A stretch of 64,000 bases of DNA from Vicinamibacteria bacterium. GTDB lineage: Bacteria; Acidobacteriota; Vicinamibacteria; Fen-336; JAGNNV01. Shown piece after piece: positions 46,820-55,626 of this stretch (within the stretch, counting starts at the first letter, position 1; each line of letters opens with the position of its first letter). Location of the stretch: positions 1,139-65,138 of the forward strand of contig JANLSZ010000354.1 in assembly GCA_031362685.1 (NCBI GenBank). The letters are read 5' to 3'. The position numbers and the translations under genes are program-made. The notes beneath the pieces were generated by a model that saw nothing but the letters and a program-made list of their open reading frames with translations, made no database searches and was not told the DNA's origin.

Positions 46820-48108
46820 GCGACGCCCAGGCGTTTGAGCGCGCTCGCCCCGATGTCCCGTCGATGCTGCGCGCCCTCGAACTCGATCTGTGCCACCGCT
46901 TCATAGGCGCGGTTCAGGGCCTGGGGCAGTGAGGTCCCAAGTGCGGTCACCGCGAAAACCCGTCCCCCGTTGGTTACGAGCTTCTGCCCTTCCATGGTGG
47001 TGGCGCCGTGGAGAATCTGAAGGCCTTCTTCGGAGTCGGGGACCCGGCGAATCTCCCGACCCTTGACCACATTCTCCGGATAGCCTTCACTCGCGACCAC
47101 GACGCATACCGCAGGTTCCTTGGCCCACTCGACTTTCACCTCCGCGAGCGCGCCATCCGCCACCGCCACCAGAAGCGAGGCAAGGTCGCTCTTGAGCCGG
47201 GCGAGGATGACCTGGCATTCCGGATCGCCGAAACGAGCGTTGAACTCCAGAACCTTCGGTTTCCCGTCGGTCCCGATCATCAGACCGGCATAGAGCACGC
47301 CCGAGAACGACCGACCTTCTTTCGATAGGCCGGCGATGGTCGGGATGATGATCGTGCTCATGATCTCCTTGTGAAGTTCGAGCTTGAGGTTCAGGGCCGG
47401 AGAGATGGCACCCATGCCTCCGGTGTTGGGACCCTTGTCTCCGTCCTTGAGACGTTTGTGGTCCTGAACGCTGGCAAGCGGAACCGCGCGCGTTCCATCG
47501 CACAGCACGAGAAACGAGACTTCCTCGCCGGGGATGAACTCTTCAATAACAACTCGCTCGCCCGCCTTGCCGAAACGCTTGTCTTTGAGCATGGCGGTCG
47601 CCGCCGCCACCGCTTCCTCGCGGGTTTCGCAGATGATGGCTCCTTTGCCCGAGGTAAGGCCGTCGGCCTTCACTACGCAAGGGAAGCCGATCTTGCCCTC
47701 TTTCAGGATGCGCGCCGCCTCGTCGAACGAGCCGCAGATGGAGTAGCGGGGTGAGGGGACATTGTGGCGGGTCAGGAACTCGCGGGCGAAGACCTTGGAG
47801 CCCTCGATCTCGGCCGCGGAACGGGTGGGGCCGAAGATACGCAGGCCGCGCTTCCTGAACTCATCCACGATGCCGAGCATCAGGGGAAGCTCGGGGCCGA
47901 CAATGGTGAGATCGGCGTGAATGGTCTGGGCGAAATCCGCGAGCTCGACGGTGTTCGAAGCCCCGATGGGGACGAGACGCGCGTGCTTCGCGATCCCCGC
48001 ATTCCCCGGCGCGCAATAGATCTCGTCTACCGCACCTATTGTGCTTTCACGGAGCTTCGCCACAATCGCATGTTCCCGCCCCCCGCTTCCAATCACCAGA
48101 ATCTTCAT
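46816..48108 (-). CDS. purD: Phosphoribosylamine--glycine ligase
   Basis: MKILVIGSGGREHAI..., the ATP-grasp core and ...FNARFGDPE... are present, at 430 aa. Confidence 0.9.
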   Translation of the reverse strand: MKILVIGSGGREHAIVAKLRESTIGAVDEIYCAPGNAGIAKHARLVPIGASNTVELADFAQTIHADLTIVGPELPLMLGIVDEFRKRGLRIFGPTRSAAEIEGSKVFAREFLTRHNVPSPRYSICGSFDEAARILKEGKIGFPCVVKADGLTSGKGAIICETREEAVAAATAMLKDKRFGKAGERVVIEEFIPGEEVSFLVLCDGTRAVPLASVQDHKRLKDGDKGPNTGGMGAISPALNLKLELHKEIMSTIIIPTIAGLSKEGRSFSGVLYAGLMIGTDGKPKVLEFNARFGDPECQVILARLKSDLASLLVAVADGALAEVKVEWAKEPAVCVVVASEGYPENVVKGREIRRVPDSEEGLQILHGATTMEGQKLVTNGGRVFAVTALGTSLPQALNRAYEAVAQIEFEGAQHRRDIGASALKRLGVA

Positions 48109-48165
48109 TCGCTTGCCCTATGGTCGGTTCAAAAGGCTGGGCTTGTCAACTCCTCGGGGCCAGCT

Positions 48166-49023
48166 TCATTTTCGCCCGACGGCCCGGGCGTAGACGTCCC
48201 GAACGGAAAGCCCGGTCGACAGGGCCGCCTCCTTGGCGGCCTGCCTGGGTGTGGCACCCATGGCGACTTCAGCGTCGAAGCGACTCAGGGCCTCCTCCAT
48301 CGTCCCTGACTTCAGCGCCTCGGCCCCGGCGCCGGCAACGACCAGCACAATCTCACCAAGGACTTCGGCGCGAGCGCTGAGGTCCTTCGCGATCTCGGAC
48401 AAAGAGCCACGCTTCAACTCCTCATGAACCTTCGTGACCTCGCGGCATAGGAACGCGTCACGGTCTCCAAGAATGGCGATCATGTCCGCCAGCGAATCGA
48501 CCATGCGATGAGGCGACTCATAGAAGACCAGCGTGGCCCTATGGCCCTGCAGACTCTGGAGACGCGTGCGTCGGGCTGCGACGGTGCGGGGAAGGAAACC
48601 GGCGAAGAGGAACTCGTCGGTGGGTAGACCGCTGACCGACAATGCCGCCACCAGCGCGGAAGGACCAGGGATCGGACTCACCCGGATTCCCCGCGCGAGC
48701 GCCGCTCGAACCAACGGAAACCCGGGATCAGAGATAGTGGGGGTCCCGGCGTCACTGACCAGGGCCACGTCTTCGCCCCGCCCGATTCTCGCCAGAAGCT
48801 CGTCGATCCGGGCGTGCTCGTTGTGCTCGAAGCAGGAAATGAGAGGCTTTTTGATGCCGAGATGGTTGAGCAGTTTGGCGGTCCGGCGCGTGTCCTCGCA
48901 GGCGATCAAGTCCACTCCTTTTAGGCACTTAACCGCCCTGAAGGTCAGGTCGTCGAGGTTGCCGAGCGGTGTGGCCACCACGAACAGCGTCCCGACCGTT
49001 TCCTTGACACGTTCAGAGGCCAT
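48166..49023 (-). CDS. rsmI: 16S rRNA (cytidine1402-2'-O)-methyltransferase
   Basis: LFVVATPLGNLDDLTFRAV..IACEDTRRT...ISDPGF... are RsmI/tetrapyrrole-methylase-fold motifs. Confidence 0.85.
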   Translation of the reverse strand: MASERVKETVGTLFVVATPLGNLDDLTFRAVKCLKGVDLIACEDTRRTAKLLNHLGIKKPLISCFEHNEHARIDELLARIGRGEDVALVSDAGTPTISDPGFPLVRAALARGIRVSPIPGPSALVAALSVSGLPTDEFLFAGFLPRTVAARRTRLQSLQGHRATLVFYESPHRMVDSLADMIAILGDRDAFLCREVTKVHEELKRGSLSEIAKDLSARAEVLGEIVLVVAGAGAEALKSGTMEEALSRFDAEVAMGATPRQAAKEAALSTGLSVRDVYARAVGRK

Positions 49024-49152
49024 CGCCTAGCATCCCCTTCTAATTCCCGCGCGTCCCTTGGGGTTTCGACTGGAGAGCTGAATTTCCAGGAGTCTCATGG
49101 TTTGGATTGCTGGAACCTTCGTCATGAAGACTTTATGTGAGGAGAGAGGCTC

Positions 49153-49347
49153 TTGGCCGAAATCAGGTTGCAAGAAGGCGAGACGATCGAAAGCGCCCTC
49201 CGCCGCTTTAAGAGAAAAGTCCAGCAGGAAGACATCATCAAAGATGTCAAGAAGCATAGTTTCTATTTGAAGCCGGGAGAGAAGAAGCGGGTCAAGCAGG
49301 CTCTCGCCCGCAAGCGCAGCCGCAAGAAGTATCGTCGCGAAGACTAA
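49153..49347 (+). CDS. rpsU: 30S ribosomal protein S21
   Basis: 64 aa and basic. ...ESALRRFKRKV...FYLKPGEKKR... matches S21. It uses a TTG start. Confidence 0.85.
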   Translation: MAEIRLQEGETIESALRRFKRKVQQEDIIKDVKKHSFYLKPGEKKRVKQALARKRSRKKYRRED

Positions 49348-49381
49348 AGGCGCCTTGGCGTTCACGCCCCTGCGCCATCGC

Positions 49382-49470
49382 GGAGGGCTAGACCTAACTG
49401 GTAAGGCAGGAGCCTTGAAAGCTCCCGGGCTTCACGGCCCTTCGGGGTTCGAGTCCCCGGCCCTCCGCCA
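49382..49470 (+). tRNA. tRNA-Ser (anticodon UGA), type II with long variable arm, CCA encoded
   Basis: The acceptor is GGAGGGC/GCCCTCC. The anticodon stem GGAGC/GCTCC carries the loop CTTGAAA. The variable arm is GGGC...GCCC and the T-arm is CGGGG-TTCGAGT-CCCCG, ending G-CCA. The D-arm is atypical (see findings). Confidence 0.8.
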
Positions 49471-49777
49471 GTCTCCAGGCGGAGCCTGTTCTTATTAAAG
49501 AACTTACGAGGTCGATCTTTTGGCTGATCCCCCTTTTCGTCCCACATTCCAAACGCTGCTGTCGCGGTCGGCGGCAGCAAGACAAAGCAGGTCCCCCTCG
49601 ACTCCGACGTGATGAAGTCGGCGCGAGGTCTCGGCATCTGCTTCGGCGACTGATCCCCTGGAACGCGGGGCGCGCAGGGCCCCCTGCGCCGGAACGCGGG
49701 AACCGGAGATGACCACCGGGCGCCGGGTTACACTCACCGGGCTGACATATTTGCGCTAGGCGGATCGGGGATCCTCA

Positions 49778-50584
49778 ATGGACTTTGCCGGAGCATCACA
49801 GATCTACGAACGTTATCGACGATCGCCCGTCGAGCGCGCGGTCAGCCCTGAGGATGTCATGTGGCGGTCTGGAAAGGACTGGTACTTTGATACCGGCGAG
49901 AGCGCGCTCAGGTGCATTCTCTCCGCGCTGGTTCTGTCTCGGCTCGACGAAGTGACCTCGGTCCTCGATCTTCCCTGCGGATTCGGGCGAGTCTCGCGTC
50001 ACCTGCGCACCGCGTTCCCTGCTGCCGGGCTCTCGTTCTGCGACATCGACCCCGCCGGGGTGGCGTTTTGCGCCGACAACTTCAAGGGCCGCGCCATCCG
50101 GTCGGCACCGGAGTTGAGCGAGGTGGATCTCGGAGGTTGCTACGACGTCATCTGGATCGGCTCGCTGTTCACTCATGTCGACAAGGAAAGAACCGAGCGC
50201 TGGCTTCGTTTCCTGTGCGGCCATCTCAACCAGGACGGGGTTCTGCTGGCGACATTTCATGGCGCCGGATCGCGGCAGCTGCACCTGACCCACTATCCCA
50301 TGATCGGCGACCGGGGTTGGACCGCCGTGGAGGACGGCTTCCGACGAACCGGGTTCGGCTACTCGCCCCACCCGGGCCAGGACTACGGAATATCGCTGAG
50401 CCGCGCCTCCACGATCGTGGACATCGCCTGCTCCATTCCCGGTACGAGGTTGCTTTCCTACACCGAGCGGGGCTGGTACGAAAACCAGGACGTGGCGGTT
50501 GTCGCATTGAGTGATCGGTTGGAGGATTGGGGCGACGCCACCCAAAAGGTGTCGCGGTCACTGGCACCGCATCCCAGAGCGTAG
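49778..50584 (+). CDS. Class I SAM-dependent methyltransferase
   Basis: Contains VLDLPCGFGR (motif I), ...FCDID... and ...YDVIWIGSLFTHV...LNQDGVLL. Confidence 0.7.
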   Translation: MDFAGASQIYERYRRSPVERAVSPEDVMWRSGKDWYFDTGESALRCILSALVLSRLDEVTSVLDLPCGFGRVSRHLRTAFPAAGLSFCDIDPAGVAFCADNFKGRAIRSAPELSEVDLGGCYDVIWIGSLFTHVDKERTERWLRFLCGHLNQDGVLLATFHGAGSRQLHLTHYPMIGDRGWTAVEDGFRRTGFGYSPHPGQDYGISLSRASTIVDIACSIPGTRLLSYTERGWYENQDVAVVALSDRLEDWGDATQKVSRSLAPHPRA

Positions 50585-50795
50585 GCAGAACAAGGGCGGC
50601 TCGCGCGTCGGGGCAGCCGGCTAGCTGAGCGCGACTCGACAGTTGAGTCTCGTCGAGGGGCAGGTTCATGTGCTCGGCGGCGTTCCAGGCGGGGAAGTAG
50701 CCCGCGGGAAATGTGTTCGGCCCGCACTGAGCCCAGCCGCCGCCGTTGCAGCCTTCGGTCTTCGAACTCGCGGTGCCGCAGATGCCAGCCCCGCT

Positions 50796-51179
50796 TCAGC
50801 TCTTCGCGGCCGGTGCTGACTGCGGCTTGCCGATGTGCGGTTCGAGTCTCGACAGGATCAGCTTCGTGAGTTCGGGGTGGCCCCGCTTCCATCGGTCTTC
50901 GATGTCGAGGTCGACCACCTGTTTCGACAATCCGGGGAAGCGCCGCTTGATCGCGGTGACGTGGTGGTCTTCGCTTTCGTTCATGACGAAAACATGGTCG
51001 GCCCAGTCGAGGAGTTCGCGGGTCACCACCACCTGCGCAAAAGGGGCGACGCCGCAGGACCTGATTTCGAAACGAGGATCGTTCTCGTAAAGGTCCTCCG
51101 CCGTCTTGGAGCGATCGACATTGGCCGTGCACACGAACAGGATGTGTTGGCGGTGTTCGCCTTTGCCGAAAAAGTCCAT
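50796..51179 (-). CDS. Low-molecular-weight phosphotyrosine-phosphatase-like protein
   Basis: ILFVCTANVDRS is the CX5R(S/T) P-loop. The protein is 127 aa. Confidence 0.55.
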   Translation of the reverse strand: MDFFGKGEHRQHILFVCTANVDRSKTAEDLYENDPRFEIRSCGVAPFAQVVVTRELLDWADHVFVMNESEDHHVTAIKRRFPGLSKQVVDLDIEDRWKRGHPELTKLILSRLEPHIGKPQSAPAAKS

Positions 51180-51347
51180 GGGGAGCGCGGAATTCTAGCG
51201 CGGAGGCCTCGCCCAACCTCCGCCGGGCGCCGACCCAATGCGACCTATACTGCGGCGCAGTATTTCCGACCGATCCAGGAATCACCCACGGTGGAGCGGG
51301 CTCTCCTTCAGGTTGGACCTCCTCAACTGACACTGGAGATCAGGACG

Positions 51348-52751
51348 ATGAATCGACATCCTCGCCGCGCGCTTGCTCTGCGAGCCCGCGCCTCCGTGTT
51401 TGGAGCGGCCACCTTGCTGTTTCAAATACCCGCGGCTCATGCGGCTAAAACTCCCTCCTACGCCATCACCAAGGCCAAAGTGGTCACGGTATCCGGCGCG
51501 GTCCTGGACAACACCACCGTAGTCATGCGCGATGGGGTGGTGATGGACGTGGGGCCAAACGCCACGATTCCCAAGGACGCGCGCGTTTTCGACGGAACCG
51601 GACTCACCATCACACCCGGTCTCATCGACGCCTATTCGGGCGCCGGAATGCCAGCGCTGCGAGCTTCGGGCGGCGGTCCGGGTGGCGGAGGCGGAGGGGC
51701 GGCGGCGGGCGCGGCGGCGGGTCCGACCACAAACCCTATCGCCCCGGCCTCCAACATCTACGAGCAGGTTCGAGCGGTCGAAGCGTTGAAGGCGCGCGAC
51801 TTCGGGGTCACCACGATAGTCGCCGTCCCCCGAGAGGGCCTGGTGTTTGGCGCGGCCGCGGTGATGAATCTGGTGGGCGACCGCCTCGAAGCGATGGTGG
51901 TGAAACCGAACATCGCCCTGGCCGCGAGTATGGCGACCCTCGGCCAGCGGTACCCCGGATCGCTCATGGGCACCATGGCCTTCTTCCGTCAGGCCCTCAT
52001 GGACGGCGCGTATCACCGCATCGAGATGGCGGCCTATGAAAAGGCGCCCATGGGAAAGAAGCGGCCGGCCTTCGACCCGGACCTCGACGTCTGGGCCGAG
52101 GTGGCGGCAGGGATCACTCCCCTGCTGCTTCAGACCCCCCGAATCGGAGATCTGCGCCGGGCCTTCGCGCTGGGCGATGAGTTCAAGTTGAAGCTGGTGC
52201 TCGCCGGAAACACCCACGCCTCCGAAGAGGCGGCGTTGCTCAAGGAGCGAAGGCCCGCGCTGCTGGTGAGCGTCAACTTCGATCCGCCGCGGACGGGTGG
52301 CTTCTTCGGCGGGATCGACGACGACAAGGATCGGGCGGAAATCGAAAGCGCCGAGAGGAACCCGGGAGTCCTCGACAAGGCGGGGGTGAGGTTCGCCCTC
52401 GTCTCCGGGTTTGCCCCGGACTTTCTGGTGGGGATCCGAAAGGCCATCGAGAAAGGCCTGCCCCGCGACACGGCGCTGCGCGCGGTGACTCTCACCCCCG
52501 CGGAGATTCTGGGCGTGGCCGACCGGATGGGGAGCATCGAGAAGGGCAAAATCGCGAATGTCGTGGTCTGGTCGGGAGAGCCGCTCAGCAAGGACGCGAA
52601 GATCAAGATGGTCTTCGTCGATGGCGAGCTGTACGAGCCCGAGGAGAAACCCGCCCGCCCGCCGGGCGCCGGAGGCTCGCCGCCACCAGGCGAAGACCGA
52701 GGCGAGACAACGCGGGACCCCGTTCGTGGACAGGTTGAGGTGCAGCGATGA
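51348..52751 (+). CDS. Secreted amidohydrolase-superfamily paralog lacking the HxH metal motif
   Basis: Has a signal peptide. ...TITPGLIDAYSGAG... occupies the position where HxH is expected, followed by a Gly/Ala-rich insert. It is the C-terminal part of listed ORF 50835..52751. Confidence 0.65.
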   Translation: MNRHPRRALALRARASVFGAATLLFQIPAAHAAKTPSYAITKAKVVTVSGAVLDNTTVVMRDGVVMDVGPNATIPKDARVFDGTGLTITPGLIDAYSGAGMPALRASGGGPGGGGGGAAAGAAAGPTTNPIAPASNIYEQVRAVEALKARDFGVTTIVAVPREGLVFGAAAVMNLVGDRLEAMVVKPNIALAASMATLGQRYPGSLMGTMAFFRQALMDGAYHRIEMAAYEKAPMGKKRPAFDPDLDVWAEVAAGITPLLLQTPRIGDLRRAFALGDEFKLKLVLAGNTHASEEAALLKERRPALLVSVNFDPPRTGGFFGGIDDDKDRAEIESAERNPGVLDKAGVRFALVSGFAPDFLVGIRKAIEKGLPRDTALRAVTLTPAEILGVADRMGSIEKGKIANVVVWSGEPLSKDAKIKMVFVDGELYEPEEKPARPPGAGGSPPPGEDRGETTRDPVRGQVEVQR

Positions 52752-54130
52752 GAAACCGGACATCGAAGTGCGCTCTCGCCCTCGCTCTCGGCGCCCTCGC
52801 CTCCGCTGGCGAGCGGTCCGAAGGGCAGGACATCACCGCGATCACCAACGCGAAGATCATGACCGTGAGCGCGGCCGGAATCATCGAAAAGGGAACCATC
52901 CTGATCGCGGGCGGCAAGATCACCGCGGTTGGGGCCAACGTAACCGTGCCGGCGGGCGCCATCATCATCGACGCATCGGGTCGAGTCGTCACTCCCGGTC
53001 TGATCGACGCACACTCCCACACCGCGGTCGAAGACGGTGTGAACGAATGCACGAACATCGTAACCGCGGAGGTCAGGGTGAGGGATGCTCTCGACCCGCG
53101 CGACATCAGTATTTACCGGCAACTGGCGGGTGGCGTCACCGCCGCCAACATTCTTCATGGCTCGTGCAACTCGATCGGCGGCCAGAACGCGACGATCAAG
53201 ATGCGCTGGGGCGCGGTCTCGGGCGACGCCCTCATCTTTGTGGGCGCGCCCCCGGGGATCAAGTTCGCTCTCGGCGAAAACCCGAAGTTCGCGGGTCCCG
53301 GCGGAGCGATCAAGCGCTATCCCGCCACTCGCATGGGGGTCGAAGTGTCGATCCGGAACGCCTTCCTCGAAGCCAGGGCCTACAAGAAGTCCTGGGACGA
53401 CTACGAGGCCGCGGTGAAGGCGGCCGGTGCGAAGAAGCCCACGAAGAGCGGAGGCCCGATTCATTCGGGCCGAGGCGACGGGGGTCCGGGGGGCGGGTCC
53501 GTGCAACGCCCCCCGGCTCCAAGGAAGGATCTGCAGATGGAGGCTTTGAAGGAAATCCTGGAGGGCAAGCGTCTCGTCCACGCTCACTCATATCGAGCCG
53601 ACGAAATCCTGATGCTCATCAACGTCGCCAACGAAATGGGCTTCAAGATCGCCACCTTCCAGCACGTGCTCGAGGGCTACAAGGTCGCCACCGAGATTGC
53701 GAAGCATGGCGCGGGCGCGTCGACGTTCTCCGACTGGTGGAGCTACAAGATGGAGGCCTACGACGCGATCCCCTATAACGCGGCCATCATGGCGAGTCAC
53801 GGGGTGGTGGTGTCGCTCAACTCCGACTCGGATGAACTGGCGCGACGCCTGTACTGGGAGGCCGCGAAGACTGTCCGCTACGGCGGTGTTTCCGAGGACG
53901 AGGCCTTCAAGATGGTGACCATCAATCCCGCGAAACAGCTCCGCATCGACAAATGGGCGGGCTCCATCGAAGTGGGCAAGGACGCGGACCTCGCGATTTT
54001 CAAATCGCATCCTTTCGCGCCCGACACGCGGGTGGAAATGACTCTGGTCGACGGCAAGGTGCTGTTCGATCGAAGCAAGGATGTGGCCGCCCGCAAAGGG
54101 GTAGCGGCGACGCTCGGAGGTGGACAATGA
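52748..54130 (+). CDS. Secreted amidohydrolase (COG1228-like), catalytic motifs intact
   Basis: Contains VVTPGLIDAHSHTAVEDG (HxH), ...LVHAHSYR..., ...FQHVLEG... and ...SLNSDSDE. The ATGA overlap links it to the upstream stop. Confidence 0.8.
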   Translation: MRNRTSKCALALALGALASAGERSEGQDITAITNAKIMTVSAAGIIEKGTILIAGGKITAVGANVTVPAGAIIIDASGRVVTPGLIDAHSHTAVEDGVNECTNIVTAEVRVRDALDPRDISIYRQLAGGVTAANILHGSCNSIGGQNATIKMRWGAVSGDALIFVGAPPGIKFALGENPKFAGPGGAIKRYPATRMGVEVSIRNAFLEARAYKKSWDDYEAAVKAAGAKKPTKSGGPIHSGRGDGGPGGGSVQRPPAPRKDLQMEALKEILEGKRLVHAHSYRADEILMLINVANEMGFKIATFQHVLEGYKVATEIAKHGAGASTFSDWWSYKMEAYDAIPYNAAIMASHGVVVSLNSDSDELARRLYWEAAKTVRYGGVSEDEAFKMVTINPAKQLRIDKWAGSIEVGKDADLAIFKSHPFAPDTRVEMTLVDGKVLFDRSKDVAARKGVAATLGGGQ

Positions 54131-55440
54131 GAATCCGATACTCCTCGCTGACGGCTTCGGCGACCCTCGCCTGCTCACTCACGAGCCTGGCTTTCGCAGC
54201 TGACGGCCCTCTCGTGATCGCCGGCGCCAGAGTCGTGACCGTTGCGGGCGCGGTGCTCGAGAGCGCGTCCATCATCATCCAGAACGGCCGGATCGCGTCG
54301 GTGGGCAGCGGCCTCACCGCGCCCGCGGGCGCGCGCGTCATCGACGGCCGGGGGAAGACGGTGTACCCGGGACTCTTCGACGGCCTCACCTACCTGGGCC
54401 TGGCCGAAGTCACCCAGGGCGCCCCGGGGACCGTGGACACGAACGAGACCGGCGACATCAACCCGCACGCGAAGACGTGGGTCGCCTTGCATCCGGACAG
54501 CGAGCTCCTGCCCGTGGCGCGCGCCTTCGGCATCACCACCGCCCTTTCCGCTCCGGGGAGCGCCATGGGGGGTCGGAGCCTGATCGCGGGCCAGAGCGCC
54601 ATCATCCGCACCGTCGGCGATACGCCGATGGCTCTCACCGTGAAAGCGCCGGTGGCCCTGCACATGCGCTACCCGACCGGAGCGCCGGTCATCGATTTCT
54701 CGCAAGGGCCTCCGAATATCGAGCCCAAGACGTTCGAGCAGCGCCTGCAGGAGAGAAAGAAGAACCAGGAGAAAGACCTCCTCCGGCTGAAGAGCTTGAT
54801 CGAAGAGGCGCGGGCCTATGGCGAGGGCCAGGCCGCGGGAACGGCGCTCAAGGTCGACCTGCCGATGGAAGCGCTCGCTCTTGCCGCAACCGGAAAGATC
54901 CCGGTGGTCATGCGCGCGAACGCCGAGGCCGACATCAAGGGCGCCATCCAGTTTGCGGTCGAGAACAAGATCAAGCTGATCGTCGCGGGCGGTGCCGAAG
55001 CGTGGCGCTGCACCGAGGATCTCAAGAAGAACGACGTCGCCGTGCTCCTGGGCGTCGATCAACTGCCCACGCGCGAAGGCGATCCCTACGACGCGGCCTA
55101 CGCGAACGCCGCGACTCTCCACAAGGCGGGCGTCCGCTTTGCCATCGTGACCGACGACGCGTCCAATTCGCGCAACCTTCCTTTCGAAGCCGCCATGGCC
55201 TACGCGTTCGGCCTGCCCCGCGAGGCCGCGCTTCGTTCGATCACGCTTTCGCCCGCGGAAATCTTCGGGGTGGCGGCCGCTCTCGGCTCGATCGAAGTGG
55301 GCAAGACTGCAACCCTGATCATGACCAACGGGGACATCCTCGACCATCGCACCAGCATCACCAACGTGATCATCGACGGGCAGGAGACGTCCCTCGACAA
55401 CAAGCACCAGCGCCTCTACGACAAGTACAAAGGTCGGTAG
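54127..55440 (+). CDS. Secreted amidohydrolase-superfamily paralog lacking the HxH metal motif
   Basis: Has a signal peptide. ...VYPGLFDGLTYLG... sits in place of HxH. It is collinear with 51348..52751, and an ATGA overlap links it to the upstream stop. Confidence 0.65.
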   Translation: MRIRYSSLTASATLACSLTSLAFAADGPLVIAGARVVTVAGAVLESASIIIQNGRIASVGSGLTAPAGARVIDGRGKTVYPGLFDGLTYLGLAEVTQGAPGTVDTNETGDINPHAKTWVALHPDSELLPVARAFGITTALSAPGSAMGGRSLIAGQSAIIRTVGDTPMALTVKAPVALHMRYPTGAPVIDFSQGPPNIEPKTFEQRLQERKKNQEKDLLRLKSLIEEARAYGEGQAAGTALKVDLPMEALALAATGKIPVVMRANAEADIKGAIQFAVENKIKLIVAGGAEAWRCTEDLKKNDVAVLLGVDQLPTREGDPYDAAYANAATLHKAGVRFAIVTDDASNSRNLPFEAAMAYAFGLPREAALRSITLSPAEIFGVAAALGSIEVGKTATLIMTNGDILDHRTSITNVIIDGQETSLDNKHQRLYDKYKGR

Positions 55441-55483
55441 GAGCTCACTCACATCGCTCCACTATCCGCCAACCGCTCTCGGG

Positions 55484-55545
55484 ACGTCATTGCGAGGGCC
55501 CCGTCCGTTCGCAGCGGCCCGAAGCAACCCCCTCCTCCAACGACC
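55484..55545 (+). repeat. Single arm of the CGTCATTGCGAGG...CGAAGCAACCCCCTCC element
   Basis: acgtcattgcgagggccccgtccgttcgcagcggcccgaagcaaccccctcctccaacgacc. It matches the arms at 57394-57498 and 58612-58668. Confidence 0.75.
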
Positions 55546-55626
55546 CCGCCCGCGGCTCCCCGCGGATTCGAGCTGCAGCTCTCCTGTCCGCACTGTGGCG
55601 GCCCCTTTATCGCCACCGACGCGACG

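Noticed and set aside
49027-49365. A 112-aa minus-strand ORF overlapping rpsU.
   Set aside because: It is antisense to a clear S21 gene and has no recognisable features.
49382-49470. Possible tRNA-Sec (long variable arm, up to 9 complementary acceptor bases) that would support the rhodanese selenoprotein idea.
   Set aside because: The anticodon loop is CTTGAAA, so the anticodon is UGA (serine), not UCA. A standard 7/5 fold with discriminator G and CCA fits. There is no 6-bp D-stem. It is called tRNA-Ser.
49471-49777. tRNA-Ser followed by a slightly AT-richer stretch (cttattaaagaactta...), raising the possibility of a genomic-island integration site.
   Set aside because: There is no integrase, no direct repeat of the tRNA 3' end that I could find by eye downstream, and the following genes (methyltransferase, phosphatase, amidohydrolases) look native in composition.
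50585-50795. A Cys/Gly-rich reading frame continuing past the TGA of the phosphatase-like gene (…GICGTASSKTEGCNGGGWAQCGPN…), considered as a second readthrough/Sec case or a small secreted peptide.
   Set aside because: No homology logic places the TGA at a functional residue. The frame runs into and overlaps the convergent methyltransferase gene, and no start codon or RBS defines a separate small gene.
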